Assembly (NCBI GenBank): GCA_000830295.1
Contig: CP010425.1
Span: forward strand, 96,001 to 160,000
Reading direction: 5' to 3'
DNA: 64,000 nucleotides
Source of the DNA: an archaeon GW2011_AR15
GTDB taxonomy: Archaea; Nanobdellota; Nanobdellia; Woesearchaeales; GW2011-AR15
The position numbers and the translations under genes were made by a program. Shown here one piece after another: positions 19,385-29,118 of this stretch (within the stretch, counting starts at the first letter, position 1; every line of letters starts with the position of its first letter). The notes beneath the pieces are model-generated. The model saw only the letters and a program-made list of their open reading frames with translations. It ran no database searches and was not told where the DNA came from.

Positions 19385-19900
19385 ATGGATGCTAAAAGCT
19401 TTTTACTGGGTGCTGCTGCCGGAGCGCTTGTGCTATATTCTGCTTTATCACTGGCAGGAAAAGATGCAAAGTATTTTTATACTTTGAACAGGATTGAGAA
19501 TGCTTCTTTTTACGCTGATATGACCCGGGACAATGCTGTAACCTATGGATTATGCAATGTAGAAGGCATTAGCATAACAACAGAGAAATGGAGCCTTGAT
19601 GCTGTAGTCCAGGTAATGCTTGACGAGACGCAGGAAAGCTGCCAGAACCCATGGCCGCAGACAGTAGAAGTATGGGAAGCAAGAGGCCTTCTGGATGCCG
19701 GTACAGGAGAGCCTGTAGGATATGAGCTTATCTTCAGGCCAACATATATAGGGGTTAACCTGGATATGGAGAATATTATGGGATTTAACTCTAATGGCCC
19801 TGCTATTCTGGATACTCTGACCCTGACAACCAGGAAAACATTATCCGTAGGTTATGCAGACGCTCCGGTCGGAACATTCTATGATGTAGTTGAGAATTAA
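19385..19900 (+). CDS. Secreted or membrane-anchored hypothetical protein
   Basis: N-terminal hydrophobic segment; TATA upstream of ATG 19385. Confidence 0.6.
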   Translation: MDAKSFLLGAAAGALVLYSALSLAGKDAKYFYTLNRIENASFYADMTRDNAVTYGLCNVEGISITTEKWSLDAVVQVMLDETQESCQNPWPQTVEVWEARGLLDAGTGEPVGYELIFRPTYIGVNLDMENIMGFNSNGPAILDTLTLTTRKTLSVGYADAPVGTFYDVVEN

Positions 19901-19903
19901 TCT

Positions 19904-20806
19904 CTAATTAACCAGCCCTTCAACAATAGTTCCTGCATTTGCCTTAAGCAGTTCAAGATATGTCGGAGCCGGGCCGTCGGCTTCAGAAAGTGAATCGACA
20001 TACAGCACTCCTCCGAACTTCGCTCCTGTCTGGGCCGCAACTGTCCTCTGCGCCTTGTCATTGACTGTGCTCTCGCAGAACACAGCAGGGATATTATTTT
20101 CTGCAACCTCATCAATAACATACTTTATCTGCTGGGGCGTCCCCTCCTGGTCAGAGTTGACAGCCCACAAATACAACTCTCCCATCCCGTAATCCCTTGT
20201 CAGGTAGGAGAATGCGCCCTCGCATGTTGCAAGCACCCTCTGATTCGAAGGCAGTGATGACAATTCTTCCCTAAGGTAATTATCAACCTCTTTGATTTCA
20301 TTAATATAATCCTCTGCGTTCTCCCTGAATGCTGCCTCATTCTCAGGATCCAAATCAATAAACGCATCTCTTATGTTTTCTACATAAATAATTGCATTTG
20401 TAGGGGACATCCATGAGTGCGGGTTAGGCCTGCCGTCAAAAGGCCCTCCGGAAATCATTATAGGGGTTATGCCTTCAGTCAGTGTTGCATGCGGGACATC
20501 AGGGGCATTTGCATAGAATCTTTCTGCCCATGCTTCCAGCCCGAAGCCGTTGTCAAGTATGAAATCAGCGTCCTGCGCCCTTACAATATCGCTCGGCGTC
20601 GGCTCGTAATGATGAATCTCCGCTCCCGGCTTTGTGATTGAAACAACTTCAATTTTATCTCCGGCGACATTTGAAGCCATGTCTGCAAGGATAGTGAAAG
20701 TCGTAAGGACTTTCTTTTTCTCAGGTCCTGATTCTGCGGAGATCTGGCAGGCTACTGTCAGCAACAGCAGGACGAGCGCAGCAGCTACTAACATGGGTTT
20801 ATCCAT
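19904..20806 (-). CDS. Mn/Fe ABC transporter substrate-binding lipoprotein (TroA/PsaA/SitA family)
   Basis: Lipobox TVAC, EIHHYEPTP, NPHSWMSP, CEGAFSYL, VDSLS. Confidence 0.95.
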   Translation of the reverse strand: MDKPMLVAAALVLLLLTVACQISAESGPEKKKVLTTFTILADMASNVAGDKIEVVSITKPGAEIHHYEPTPSDIVRAQDADFILDNGFGLEAWAERFYANAPDVPHATLTEGITPIMISGGPFDGRPNPHSWMSPTNAIIYVENIRDAFIDLDPENEAAFRENAEDYINEIKEVDNYLREELSSLPSNQRVLATCEGAFSYLTRDYGMGELYLWAVNSDQEGTPQQIKYVIDEVAENNIPAVFCESTVNDKAQRTVAAQTGAKFGGVLYVDSLSEADGPAPTYLELLKANAGTIVEGLVN

Positions 20807-20807
20807 G

Positions 20808-21674
20808 CTAAATCATCTCCTGCTTTGACTCATGCCTGAGCCTGCGCACTGCAAGCAGTCCCCTTTTAGGCGCGAGTATCATTGCAGCTACAAATATCAG
20901 GGCCTGCAGGACTACAATAGTCCCGCCTGTTGATGCATCAATAAGGTAACTGATGTATGTTCCAGCTACGCTTGAGAAGACCCCGCATGCTATTGCAAGC
21001 ATCATCATGTGGTCAAACCTGTCAGTCAAAAGATAGGCAAAAGAGCCCGGTGTTATAAGCATTGCAATTACCAGTATAATCCCTACTGTAATCTGCGAGG
21101 CAACAACAGTAAGGGCAAGCAGGGAAAACAGTGCATAGTACAGGAAATCAGTGTTCAGCCCTATTGAGCGGGCATGGTTCTGGTCAAAGCAGTACAGCAG
21201 CAGGTCTTTCCTAAGTATAAAGACCCCGAGCAGCGTGATAAGGCTTATAATTACTGTCTGGACAATATCAGAGGGAAGCATGCCCAGCACATTCCCGAAT
21301 AATATGTGGGTTATATCGACAGTGCTGGGGGTTTTGGATATTATGACAATGCCAAGTGCAAAAAAGCCTGTGAAAACAACGCCTATTACTGCATCTTCCT
21401 TTATCCTTGTTTTTGATTTTATGTAGCCGATGGCTATTGTCGCCCCGAATCCGAATATGAATGCACCTATTGCAAAAGGGATCCCTAGTATGTAGGAAAC
21501 TGCAACTCCGGGCACCACTGAATGTGAGATCGCATCTCCCATAAGCGACCATCCTTTCAGCGTGATATAGCATGAGAGGACTGCACAGACCAGCCCGACA
21601 AGGGCGCTGACCAGCACTGCCTTTACCATGAAGTCATAGGCAAACGGCGCAAGGACAGCCTGAAGCAGGCTCAT
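20808..21674 (-). CDS. Mn/Fe ABC transporter permease (ABC-3 family)
   Basis: SLMGDAISHSVVPG, EDAVIG, ILFGNVLG. Confidence 0.95.
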   Translation of the reverse strand: MSLLQAVLAPFAYDFMVKAVLVSALVGLVCAVLSCYITLKGWSLMGDAISHSVVPGVAVSYILGIPFAIGAFIFGFGATIAIGYIKSKTRIKEDAVIGVVFTGFFALGIVIISKTPSTVDITHILFGNVLGMLPSDIVQTVIISLITLLGVFILRKDLLLYCFDQNHARSIGLNTDFLYYALFSLLALTVVASQITVGIILVIAMLITPGSFAYLLTDRFDHMMMLAIACGVFSSVAGTYISYLIDASTGGTIVVLQALIFVAAMILAPKRGLLAVRRLRHESKQEMI

Positions 21675-22459
21675 GACAGCAGCACCTCTCTTTCAATGGA
21701 AGATGCATTACTATTTCGCTTCAGGCTCAGAAGCACGCCTCCAAAAGCATCTGTAATATTGCCTTCTGTAAAGACCTCTTCAGTGCGGCCATATGAGCGC
21801 AGTGTCCTGTTAATCATAATCACATGGTCGCAGAATCTTGGGACTGAATTCAGGTCATGCGTTGATACCAGTATAGTGCTTCCCTGCCTGCTCAGCTCTA
21901 TAAGCAGTTCAATTATCGCGTGCTCTGTCTTTGCGTCCACTCCTGTAAAAGGCTCATCCAACAGCATTATATTGCCCTGCTGGGCCAGTGCCCTGGCAAG
22001 GAAAACCCTTTTTCTCTGCCCGCCGGACAGCGCTCCGATTTGCCTGTCCTTAAACTGCGTCATGTGCACTCTCTCAAGGCACTCGGCAGCAACATCTTCA
22101 TCTTCTTTGGAGGGCTTCCTCAGAAAATTCATATGGCCGTATCTTCCCATCATGACAACCTCCCTTACGCTTACAGGAAAATTCCAGTCAATCTCCTCAG
22201 ACTGCGGCACATATGCAATCAGGTTTTTTTTCTGTGCTTCCCTGTTGGAAAGGCCATTGATAGCAACACTGCCTCCTGAAGGCCTGATGAATCCCATAAT
22301 TGCCTTGAACAGCGTTGATTTTCCCCCTCCGTTGGGACCGACAAGGCCGTTGATAGTGCCCGGCTGCAGCTCAAGATTGATACCACTTATTGCGACTTTC
22401 CCATCGTATGCCACGAATAGGCCCTCTGTCTTTATAGCTGGCTGTATTTTATTTTTCAT
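21671..22459 (-). CDS. Mn/Fe ABC transporter ATP-binding protein
   Basis: GPNGGGKST, LSGGQ, LLDEPF, STHDL. Confidence 0.95.
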   Translation of the reverse strand: MKNKIQPAIKTEGLFVAYDGKVAISGINLELQPGTINGLVGPNGGGKSTLFKAIMGFIRPSGGSVAINGLSNREAQKKNLIAYVPQSEEIDWNFPVSVREVVMMGRYGHMNFLRKPSKEDEDVAAECLERVHMTQFKDRQIGALSGGQRKRVFLARALAQQGNIMLLDEPFTGVDAKTEHAIIELLIELSRQGSTILVSTHDLNSVPRFCDHVIMINRTLRSYGRTEEVFTEGNITDAFGGVLLSLKRNSNASSIEREVLLS

Positions 22460-22483
22460 TTTTCATTTTTCATTCCCAAAGAA

Positions 22484-22885
22484 TCAGGAATTTGGTATTG
22501 GCTCTCCGTGCGGATCTGTCTTCGGATTCCCCAGAAACTCCCTTATTTTTTTTATTGATTTGTCGCTGAAGGCATGCTCAAGCCTGTGGGCTTCATCATG
22601 AATCTCCTTCCTGTCCATCTTCAGCACTTCTGTCAGGAACAGCTCTATAATCCTGTGTTTCATCGTAAGCTTTCTTGCAATCTCCCTCCCTTTTTTTGTC
22701 AGGCACGGGGAGGCATATTTTTCATATGTGGCAAGCCCTTCTTTATCCAGTTTCTTTACCATTTCAGTCACACTCGGCTTTGCAATATTGAGCTTTTCAG
22801 CTATTTCAGTTATAGACGGCTCTTTATTCTTCTCCTCCATAAGATAGAACTCCCTCAGATAGTCCTCCCTGCTCGCTGATTCCAT
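22484..22885 (-). CDS. DtxR/MntR family metal-dependent repressor
   Basis: EDYL, SVTEMVKKL, HRIIELFL, EAHRLEH, DPHGEPIP; probable leaderless start at ATG 22885. Confidence 0.9.
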   Translation of the reverse strand: MESASREDYLREFYLMEEKNKEPSITEIAEKLNIAKPSVTEMVKKLDKEGLATYEKYASPCLTKKGREIARKLTMKHRIIELFLTEVLKMDRKEIHDEAHRLEHAFSDKSIKKIREFLGNPKTDPHGEPIPNS

Positions 22886-22886
22886 A

Positions 22887-22906
22887 ATGTTAGGTAAGCC
22901 TAACAT
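22887..22906. promoter_or_regulatory. DtxR/MntR-type operator palindrome between the TATA box and start of the repressor/ABC operon
   Basis: ATGTTAGG-taag-CCTAACAT perfect 8-bp inverted repeat resembling the DtxR box, adjacent to TATA tttaaata on the minus strand. Confidence 0.85.
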
Positions 22907-22964
22907 ATATTTAAATCTTTGGATTACGATAAAGTATTTTAATCAAAGGCGCTTCTGTGCCGGA

Positions 22965-23471
22965 ATGAAGAAGATAAAATTTGATAAGAAATTGTCTCTC
23001 TATGCCGTGCTGCTGTTAGCAGCCCTGGCTGCCCTCATGATTTTTGGAAAAACAACTCTTTTGCTGCAGGTAGCACTGTTTATCTTCTGCTTTTTCTTCA
23101 TGCTGAGATTCGGCTCTGCATTCCCGCTGGATCTCGACCCTGTTCCGTTCTGCGGCCTTGTGGTACTGCAGACCAGCGGCATGACTTCAGCAATACTCTT
23201 TCTTGTGCTTGCAGCCATTGCCATAGATATGCCTACAGGAAGATTCAACCATTTCACCCTGATCAACCTGGCCTCGTCGCTTTCAGCAGTCCTTGTTTTC
23301 AGCTATCTCCTTCCGACAAATTTTGCTATTGTGCTGGGCATACTGCTTTTTGACATCACCAGAATACTTATTGCACTGGCTCTGAGGCTCGGCCCGCAGA
23401 CTATACTCTTCTCAGCACTGCACGGAGCAATCTATGCTGTACTAGGAAGTGTCGTAATCTTGTTTATCTAG
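22965..23471 (+). CDS. Multi-pass membrane protein
   Basis: About 6 hydrophobic segments; start moved to ATG 22965. Confidence 0.7.
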   Translation: MKKIKFDKKLSLYAVLLLAALAALMIFGKTTLLLQVALFIFCFFFMLRFGSAFPLDLDPVPFCGLVVLQTSGMTSAILFLVLAAIAIDMPTGRFNHFTLINLASSLSAVLVFSYLLPTNFAIVLGILLFDITRILIALALRLGPQTILFSALHGAIYAVLGSVVILFI

Positions 23472-23541
23472 CAAAATTTATATAGTTATTTCTTATTTTA
23501 GATATCAAAAAAGAAATAATTTCCTAAAGTATATATAAAAA

Positions 23542-24039
23542 ATGAAATATATAACTCAAAAGGATATGAGAAAGCTGATAGGCTCAGTCAGCAGCCAGAG
23601 GGATTCCCTGGTAATCAGAATTATTTATGAGACCGGATGCTCCCTAAAAGAGCTTGCTGGAATTAAAGTCTCGGATATCGCAGGCAACATGATAAGGACA
23701 GGAAAAGCAGCAAGGTTCTCCCAGATATCCGGGAAGCTATCAAAAGACCTTAAGCTTTACACAGAAGGGAATAGCATCAAAAAAGAGTCATTATTATTTG
23801 ACATATCCGGCAGAAGAATTTCACAGCTGACAGAATCCCATGCTGAAAAAATACTCGGAACCAGGTTAACACCCCATGATCTAAGGAACCTCCACATAAT
23901 GCATGCCTATCTCAATGGTGTTTATCTGGAAAACATAGCCGGCCAGACTGGGTTAAGTGAGCTTAGGATATTCCAGATAATAAGCAGTTTCAATGTAAAA
24001 CCTGAAAGAAACTACGGGAATTTCCTGAAGAGAACCTAG
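23542..24039 (+). CDS. Tyrosine recombinase-like catalytic domain only, probably inactive
   Basis: RDSLVIRIIYETGCSLKEL (Arg replaced by Ser), TPHDLR retained, LGH replaced by TGL, no Tyr at the expected position. Confidence 0.7.
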   Translation: MKYITQKDMRKLIGSVSSQRDSLVIRIIYETGCSLKELAGIKVSDIAGNMIRTGKAARFSQISGKLSKDLKLYTEGNSIKKESLLFDISGRRISQLTESHAEKILGTRLTPHDLRNLHIMHAYLNGVYLENIAGQTGLSELRIFQIISSFNVKPERNYGNFLKRT

Positions 24040-25127
24040 TCATCAAAAACAAATACCTTGTACTCCGGGATTTCTTCTTCTATATCCTCGCTGGCTTCAA
24101 CCTTTCCCAATGCATCTTTTTTGGCATCCACCAGCCTGTTTACCTTGTATTTCTTCTGCCTGCTTTTGTCTTCTTCAGTCTTCAGCTGGTCCGGCGAAAG
24201 TTCTTTTGGCTTCTCTTCCGGAACCTGCTGCTGAATCTCTTTAACTTCTTTTTCTTTAAGCTCAAGTTCAGGCTCGGGCCTTTTCTTTTCTATCTGAACA
24301 GCCGGCTCTTCCTGCTTTTCAATAACTGCAGGAGTTTCTATAAATTTTGGTTTCTCCTCTGCCTTTTCCTGCTTTGGAATCCTGTTCAGCTGCCTCTGCT
24401 TCTTCCTTTTTTCTTTCTGTTCTTTTATTGCTGCTGAAAGTGCGGTCTCAACATGGAAATCAGTAACCTTGAGGTCTTCTGTCTCAACAGCATACCTTGC
24501 TGCATCCTCGCAGTATTCAAGGAACCTTCTCGGATTTTTGTCTGAAAGCGCATATATCCTTGCAAGGATTTTGGCCGGGAACAGGTCTATATTTCCTATT
24601 CTGTTCCTGACAAGCTCGAATGCGTCTTTCTGTGTGAGGGAGATTGTCCTTAGCATATTGCCCCCAAGATGCTTCTCTATCTCCTCAGGCAGCCTGGCAA
24701 TTGAGGAATCATGATTCACAAAAACAACTGACTGCAGCTGTCCGCTAGTGTAATATTTCAGTATCTGGGAGCTGTCTGACCTGCCCATATAATGGACTTC
24801 ATCAAGCAGCAGTATCACCTTCTTGGCTTTTATTCCTGCAATCTTTCCGAAAAATGAGCTGGCTCCGTCAAGAAGCTCCTTCATGTTAAACTGTTTTCCG
24901 CTGTTAAAGCTGAAATAGATTATCCTGTTCTTCCCCCTGAACCTGGCAATTATGTTTTTCAGGATTGTAGTCTTTCCCGTCCCATAGTCCCCTTCTATAA
25001 AAAGCATCTCAGCATTTTCAATTTTCTTATAGATGTAATCCAGGTCATAGGCAACCATCTCATTATTGAATGCTGCCGGCTTTATGCTGAACGGATTGTC
25101 ATGGAATCCAAGTCTCTTATACCACAT
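24036..25127 (-). CDS. P-loop AAA+ ATPase (ExeA/GspA-like N-terminus) with charged C-terminal tail
   Basis: WYKRLGFHDNPF, GDYGTGKTT, LLLDEVH, NPRRFL. Confidence 0.8.
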   Translation of the reverse strand: MWYKRLGFHDNPFSIKPAAFNNEMVAYDLDYIYKKIENAEMLFIEGDYGTGKTTILKNIIARFRGKNRIIYFSFNSGKQFNMKELLDGASSFFGKIAGIKAKKVILLLDEVHYMGRSDSSQILKYYTSGQLQSVVFVNHDSSIARLPEEIEKHLGGNMLRTISLTQKDAFELVRNRIGNIDLFPAKILARIYALSDKNPRRFLEYCEDAARYAVETEDLKVTDFHVETALSAAIKEQKEKRKKQRQLNRIPKQEKAEEKPKFIETPAVIEKQEEPAVQIEKKRPEPELELKEKEVKEIQQQVPEEKPKELSPDQLKTEEDKSRQKKYKVNRLVDAKKDALGKVEASEDIEEEIPEYKVFVFDD

Positions 25128-25833
25128 CTTTCAACACCCTGAGATCCACTGCCTGTGCCATGCTGCGCCTTTTCCTGGAGGCAGAACTGGCCACATGTTC
25201 GCAGTTATGGAGGAACTTCTTTATAGAATTGTCTGACAGCTTAAAAATTTTTTTTAGGAGGGCATCATTAAACAGCTTGCTGTCTCCTATCCTGCTCCTT
25301 GCTATATCAACTGCATCCTCTTCTGTAAGCACTGGCAGGCTTATCACTCTCTTGCCTATCCTGTCCCTGAGACTGTCTGAGAATTTTGCTCTCTTATATG
25401 AAACTGTTGTGAAGATTATTGACTTTATGTAATTCTGGTCAAAATAATACTTCAGCCTTTCAGTATTTTTCTCTGAAAGCTGCTGCACATTGTCCATCAG
25501 CACAATCATGTTCCTCGGCTTTTTATTGAAAAGCTTCCCGAAAAGACCGTTCCTTTCCTGCAGCACTGTTGTTATGTTAAGCTTCCTGTCAAGTGTCCTG
25601 CAGTCAAGATAGACTACGTTTCTCATGCCTCCGAATTTTTTTGCAGCAATCATGAGCAGCGTTGTCTTGCCGTTGCCGTCTGCCCCCTCAACAGCCAGCA
25701 TGCTCCCTGAATCAATCCTGTAGAAAATCTCCTCTACTGCATGCTCCATCCCAACAAGCTTATCGTGGTTCTTTCTCGGGTCAGTGGAAAAGGGATTTTC
25801 GCCAAACCCAGATTTCTCATACCATTCCATCAT
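25117..25833 (-). CDS. P-loop AAA+ ATPase paralog
   Basis: WYEKSGFGENPFSTDP, GADGNGKTT, VLMDNVQ (Walker B Glu replaced by Asn). Confidence 0.8.
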   Translation of the reverse strand: MMEWYEKSGFGENPFSTDPRKNHDKLVGMEHAVEEIFYRIDSGSMLAVEGADGNGKTTLLMIAAKKFGGMRNVVYLDCRTLDRKLNITTVLQERNGLFGKLFNKKPRNMIVLMDNVQQLSEKNTERLKYYFDQNYIKSIIFTTVSYKRAKFSDSLRDRIGKRVISLPVLTEEDAVDIARSRIGDSKLFNDALLKKIFKLSDNSIKKFLHNCEHVASSASRKRRSMAQAVDLRVLKDVV

Positions 25834-26045
25834 GATTTCTCCTGCTTCATTGCCCTTTCCCTGTACTCATTAGAAAGCATATAGTGATACTTTGCTTTTT
25901 CATCATTCCCTTTTAAATGATATTCCTCTCCCAGCTTATGGTGCTTCCTTGCTCTCCTGAAATTATTGCCAGGACTGCCTTTCAGATAAAAATAAAGCAC
26001 AACTGCAAGGAAGATTACGGCTGCTATTAACCATATGCTGACAAT
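25830..26045 (-). CDS. Small membrane-anchored TPR-like protein, probable ATT start (absent from the ORF track)
   Basis: (M)VSIWLIAAVIFLAVVLYFYLKGSPGNNFRRARKHHKLGEEYHLKGNDEKAKYHYMLSNEYRERAMKQEKS*. SD-like GGGTGGG 5 nt before ATT; stop overlaps the ATG of the ATPase. Confidence 0.6.
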   Translation of the reverse strand: MVSIWLIAAVIFLAVVLYFYLKGSPGNNFRRARKHHKLGEEYHLKGNDEKAKYHYMLSNEYRERAMKQEKS

Positions 26046-26112
26046 CTTAACCCACCCAAAATACTTGTAAGCACTTTGAAATGGTGAGTATATTTAAGCT
26101 TTTCCCCGGGCT

Positions 26113-26700
26113 TTATTCACCTGGAGAGGCATAGTCTATGCCGAAAGAATCATTGTCAATAGCAATGATACCCGTTATGGAATAAGGGCCCTGAAGGCCG
26201 TCTATCGGCCTGTTATTGGTATATGGATAGTCATATAGATTTAAAAAAGTTGATATGTCCGCCACAGTTATTATCTCGCCTTCTTTTACAGGAAAGTATT
26301 CCAGCTGCACTTCCGCCCCTGTTATTACCGGCCTGTCTCCAAGGTAGAGAAAAGTATCATAACTATCTATATCGCTTTGTCCGGACTCGCGCGCGATAAT
26401 CCTGGTAAGCCTGAAATTGTATCCCCTGCTTGATTGGTCTGTAAACATAAGAGGATAATCCACACTTATGACTACATAATTTCCGCTTTCCCTGTTGCTA
26501 TCAAGTTTTGATGCCAGGGAATCTGAATCTCCGACAATAAGGGAAATCTGGCTGCTCAGTATGCCTGAGCCTCCGGCCTCTATTGTTGCCCGGACATCTG
26601 TATCGGATTCTACATAACCCGGTGTACAGGCTCCCAAGACAAAAGCTCCTCCCAGTATGACCGGCAACATATATTTTTTCACTATTGTGTCTAAACCCAT
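26113..26700 (-). CDS. Paralogous surface lipoprotein, family A (4th copy in transcription order)
   Basis: Lipobox LGAC; LTRIIA...YDTFLYLGDRP...LEYFPVK...GPYSITGII...YASPGE. Confidence 0.8.
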   Translation of the reverse strand: MGLDTIVKKYMLPVILGGAFVLGACTPGYVESDTDVRATIEAGGSGILSSQISLIVGDSDSLASKLDSNRESGNYVVISVDYPLMFTDQSSRGYNFRLTRIIARESGQSDIDSYDTFLYLGDRPVITGAEVQLEYFPVKEGEIITVADISTFLNLYDYPYTNNRPIDGLQGPYSITGIIAIDNDSFGIDYASPGE

Positions 26701-26702
26701 TT

Positions 26703-27302
26703 TTATTCACCTGGCGAAATATACTCTATGGCAGGAAGGCCGTTTTCAATTGCAATAATGCCAGTTATTGAGTAAGGCCCATGGAACCCCTCTATAACCC
26801 TGTTAAGGCCATAAGATGAGGAAAACATGAAATCTGTAATATCATCTTCTGTTATAAGCTGGCCCTCTTTTACAGGAAAATACTCAAGCCTGACTTTTGT
26901 CCCTTCAATCAGCGGCCTGTTTCCCAGATATAGGAAGGTCTCATAATTCTCCACATCAGTAAACCCTGACTGAATGGCAACTATCCTTGTTATGTTTATA
27001 TCATACGTCGCACCTTCCTCAAATGTTTCTTCCAGTAATAGAGACGGATAGTCTACTCTTACTATGTTATATGTTCCGCTTTGTTTTTCTGTTTCCAGTT
27101 TTGGAATAAGGGAGGCTGACGGTCCGGTAAAAAAAGTAAGCTCGCTTCCGAATATTGCTTCTCCGCCTGCTTCTGTTGTTGCCTGGGCCTCGGCATCAAA
27201 CCTTCCTGCTGCATCCGGGCTGGGACCGCAGGACACCATAAAAAGCCCTAATCCTAAAGTTATTGGAAGAGTATATTTTTTTATTATGCTGCTTAAACTC
27301 AT
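26703..27302 (-). CDS. Paralogous surface lipoprotein, family A (3rd)
   Basis: Lipobox MVSC; same motifs; ends YISPGE. Confidence 0.8.
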   Translation of the reverse strand: MSLSSIIKKYTLPITLGLGLFMVSCGPSPDAAGRFDAEAQATTEAGGEAIFGSELTFFTGPSASLIPKLETEKQSGTYNIVRVDYPSLLLEETFEEGATYDINITRIVAIQSGFTDVENYETFLYLGNRPLIEGTKVRLEYFPVKEGQLITEDDITDFMFSSSYGLNRVIEGFHGPYSITGIIAIENGLPAIEYISPGE

Positions 27303-27303
27303 T

Positions 27304-27888
27304 TCATTCACCTGGTGATATGTATTCTATTCCAGAAACGCCTTCATTATAAGCCACTATCCCTGTTATTGAATACGGGCCGTGGAATCCCTCTATTACC
27401 CTATACACACTGACACTCTCCTGCTCTCCAAGGACCGACATGATATCATCATTTGTTATTGCGTTCCCAGGTATCACTGGGTAGTATGTAATCCTTATGC
27501 GGCCGCCTTCCATTATCGGCCTATCTCCGAAATACAGAAAAGTCTCATAGTTCTCCACATCTGTTAATCCGGACTGAAGAGCAACTATCCTTGTTATTCT
27601 TATATCATAGCCCTCCTCGCCATCATCGTACATTATCGTCGGGTAGTCTACCTGAATGACTGTATATTCCCCTCTTACGGTTTCAGGCTCTATTTTGTCA
27701 GTCAAAGATTCAGAATTTTCCGCTATGAAAGTAAGATTATCCTGGAATACCGCTTTTCCTCCTGCATCTACTGTTGCCTGCGCAACTTCATCCTGTTCAG
27801 GAGTTATAGGCGCGCAGCCTCCGGCAGCAAGAGCCGCCCCTAATGTGACTGGTAATATGTATTGTCTTAGTATTCTGGTTAAACTCAT
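27304..27888 (-). CDS. Paralogous surface lipoprotein, family A (2nd)
   Basis: Lipobox AGGC; same motifs; ends YISPGE. Confidence 0.8.
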   Translation of the reverse strand: MSLTRILRQYILPVTLGAALAAGGCAPITPEQDEVAQATVDAGGKAVFQDNLTFIAENSESLTDKIEPETVRGEYTVIQVDYPTIMYDDGEEGYDIRITRIVALQSGLTDVENYETFLYFGDRPIMEGGRIRITYYPVIPGNAITNDDIMSVLGEQESVSVYRVIEGFHGPYSITGIVAYNEGVSGIEYISPGE

Positions 27889-27889
27889 T

Positions 27890-28498
27890 TCATTCACCTG
27901 GTGAGATGTATTCTATGCCTGGGCCATCTGAATCTATCCCGATTATCCCGGTTATTGCAGAATCGCTGAATCCTTCTATGACACGATCAGTCCCAACATA
28001 AGAGCCGCTGCTTATCAAAGAAGCTACGTTATTGTTTGTTATAACCTGGCCGGGCTTCACAGGATAATATTCCAGCCTTGCCTGGGAGCCCTCGATTACC
28101 GGCTTGTCCCCAAGGTAAAGGAAAGTAACATAATTCTCCATATCCGTAAATCCCTTTTCCAGTGCAACTATCCTTGTAATTGAAATGTTCAGGGTTCCGT
28201 AAGAATCATCAAACATTATAATAGGGTGGTCAACAGCAATAATCGTGTAGAGCCCGGTTTCTGTTTCAGTCTCCAGCTTGTCTGTCAGCGTTGCTGAGTT
28301 TTCAACAATGTAAACTAAGTTAGTCTGCAGTATAATCTCTGCCTCTCCTCCTACTTCTGCTGTTTCTGTTGCTGCCTGCTCTGTTCCCTGAGGATCGTAG
28401 TTATCATAATATCCTGCGGGCCCGCAGCCTCCAATTATCAGTCCTGCGCCCAGTGCAACCGGCAGAGCATATTTTTTTATTATTTTTGCTAGACTCAT
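27890..28498 (-). CDS. Paralogous surface lipoprotein, family A (1st)
   Basis: Lipobox IGGC; same motifs; ends YISPGE. Confidence 0.8.
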   Translation of the reverse strand: MSLAKIIKKYALPVALGAGLIIGGCGPAGYYDNYDPQGTEQAATETAEVGGEAEIILQTNLVYIVENSATLTDKLETETETGLYTIIAVDHPIIMFDDSYGTLNISITRIVALEKGFTDMENYVTFLYLGDKPVIEGSQARLEYYPVKPGQVITNNNVASLISSGSYVGTDRVIEGFSDSAITGIIGIDSDGPGIEYISPGE

Positions 28499-29118
28499 TC
28501 TAAATCACCTGATGAAACAAAATCAACGGCATTCAGCTCTATTACACCGTCTGTATGTCCGTCAGGAGCAGAGCTTTGAATAAGGAAGTCCATCCTAACA
28601 TCGTAACTCATATAATGGTCTGGTATGAAAATATCTGTAATGTATGATAGCATATTATTCAGGAGGAGGGCACTCTCATTCATTTCCCAGTACCTTCTTA
28701 TAACAATCTCCTGCCCTATTGGGAATCTTCTTTCTGTAGGGTAGATGAAGTAGTACATGCTACCATCTATATCCCTCTTCACAGTCAGCCATGTAAACGG
28801 CCTCTGTGTTACTTTCTCTCCGTAATCACCGATGGTGTAGCCAAAGTACGTGTCTACCACTGTTCCCCTGAGATTCTCAACTGGCTCAGGCTTAAACATG
28901 TACTCAAATGAATCGCTTATAGGATAGTTATATTGTATTCTAAAAGGGCTATTTTCCTGTGATATTGCAAATGTAGGGGCCGGGGTAATCTCTCCGGAAG
29001 ACGGTGTTGCAGTCCTCTGGATTGTCAGATCCTCTATATTTTGAGTCCGGGGACCGCAGGCTGCCATTGTTGTCCCAAGCAGCACAAGAGCTGCCAGCCC
29101 TTGATATAATCTCTTCAT
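28495..29118 (-). CDS. Paralogous surface lipoprotein, family B (6th)
   Basis: Lipobox MAAC; RPFTWL...YFIYP.ER.F...NNML.YIT...SSAPDGH.DG.I.L.AV. Confidence 0.8.
   Translation of the reverse strand: MKRLYQGLAALVLLGTTMAACGPRTQNIEDLTIQRTATPSSGEITPAPTFAISQENSPFRIQYNYPISDSFEYMFKPEPVENLRGTVVDTYFGYTIGDYGEKVTQRPFTWLTVKRDIDGSMYYFIYPTERRFPIGQEIVIRRYWEMNESALLLNNMLSYITDIFIPDHYMSYDVRMDFLIQSSAPDGHTDGVIELNAVDFVSSGDLE

Noticed and set aside
21696-22601. 301-aa plus-strand ORF and the many similar antisense ORFs in the track
   Set aside because: They are shadows of well-supported genes on the opposite strand, with Ser-rich unnatural composition and no motifs.
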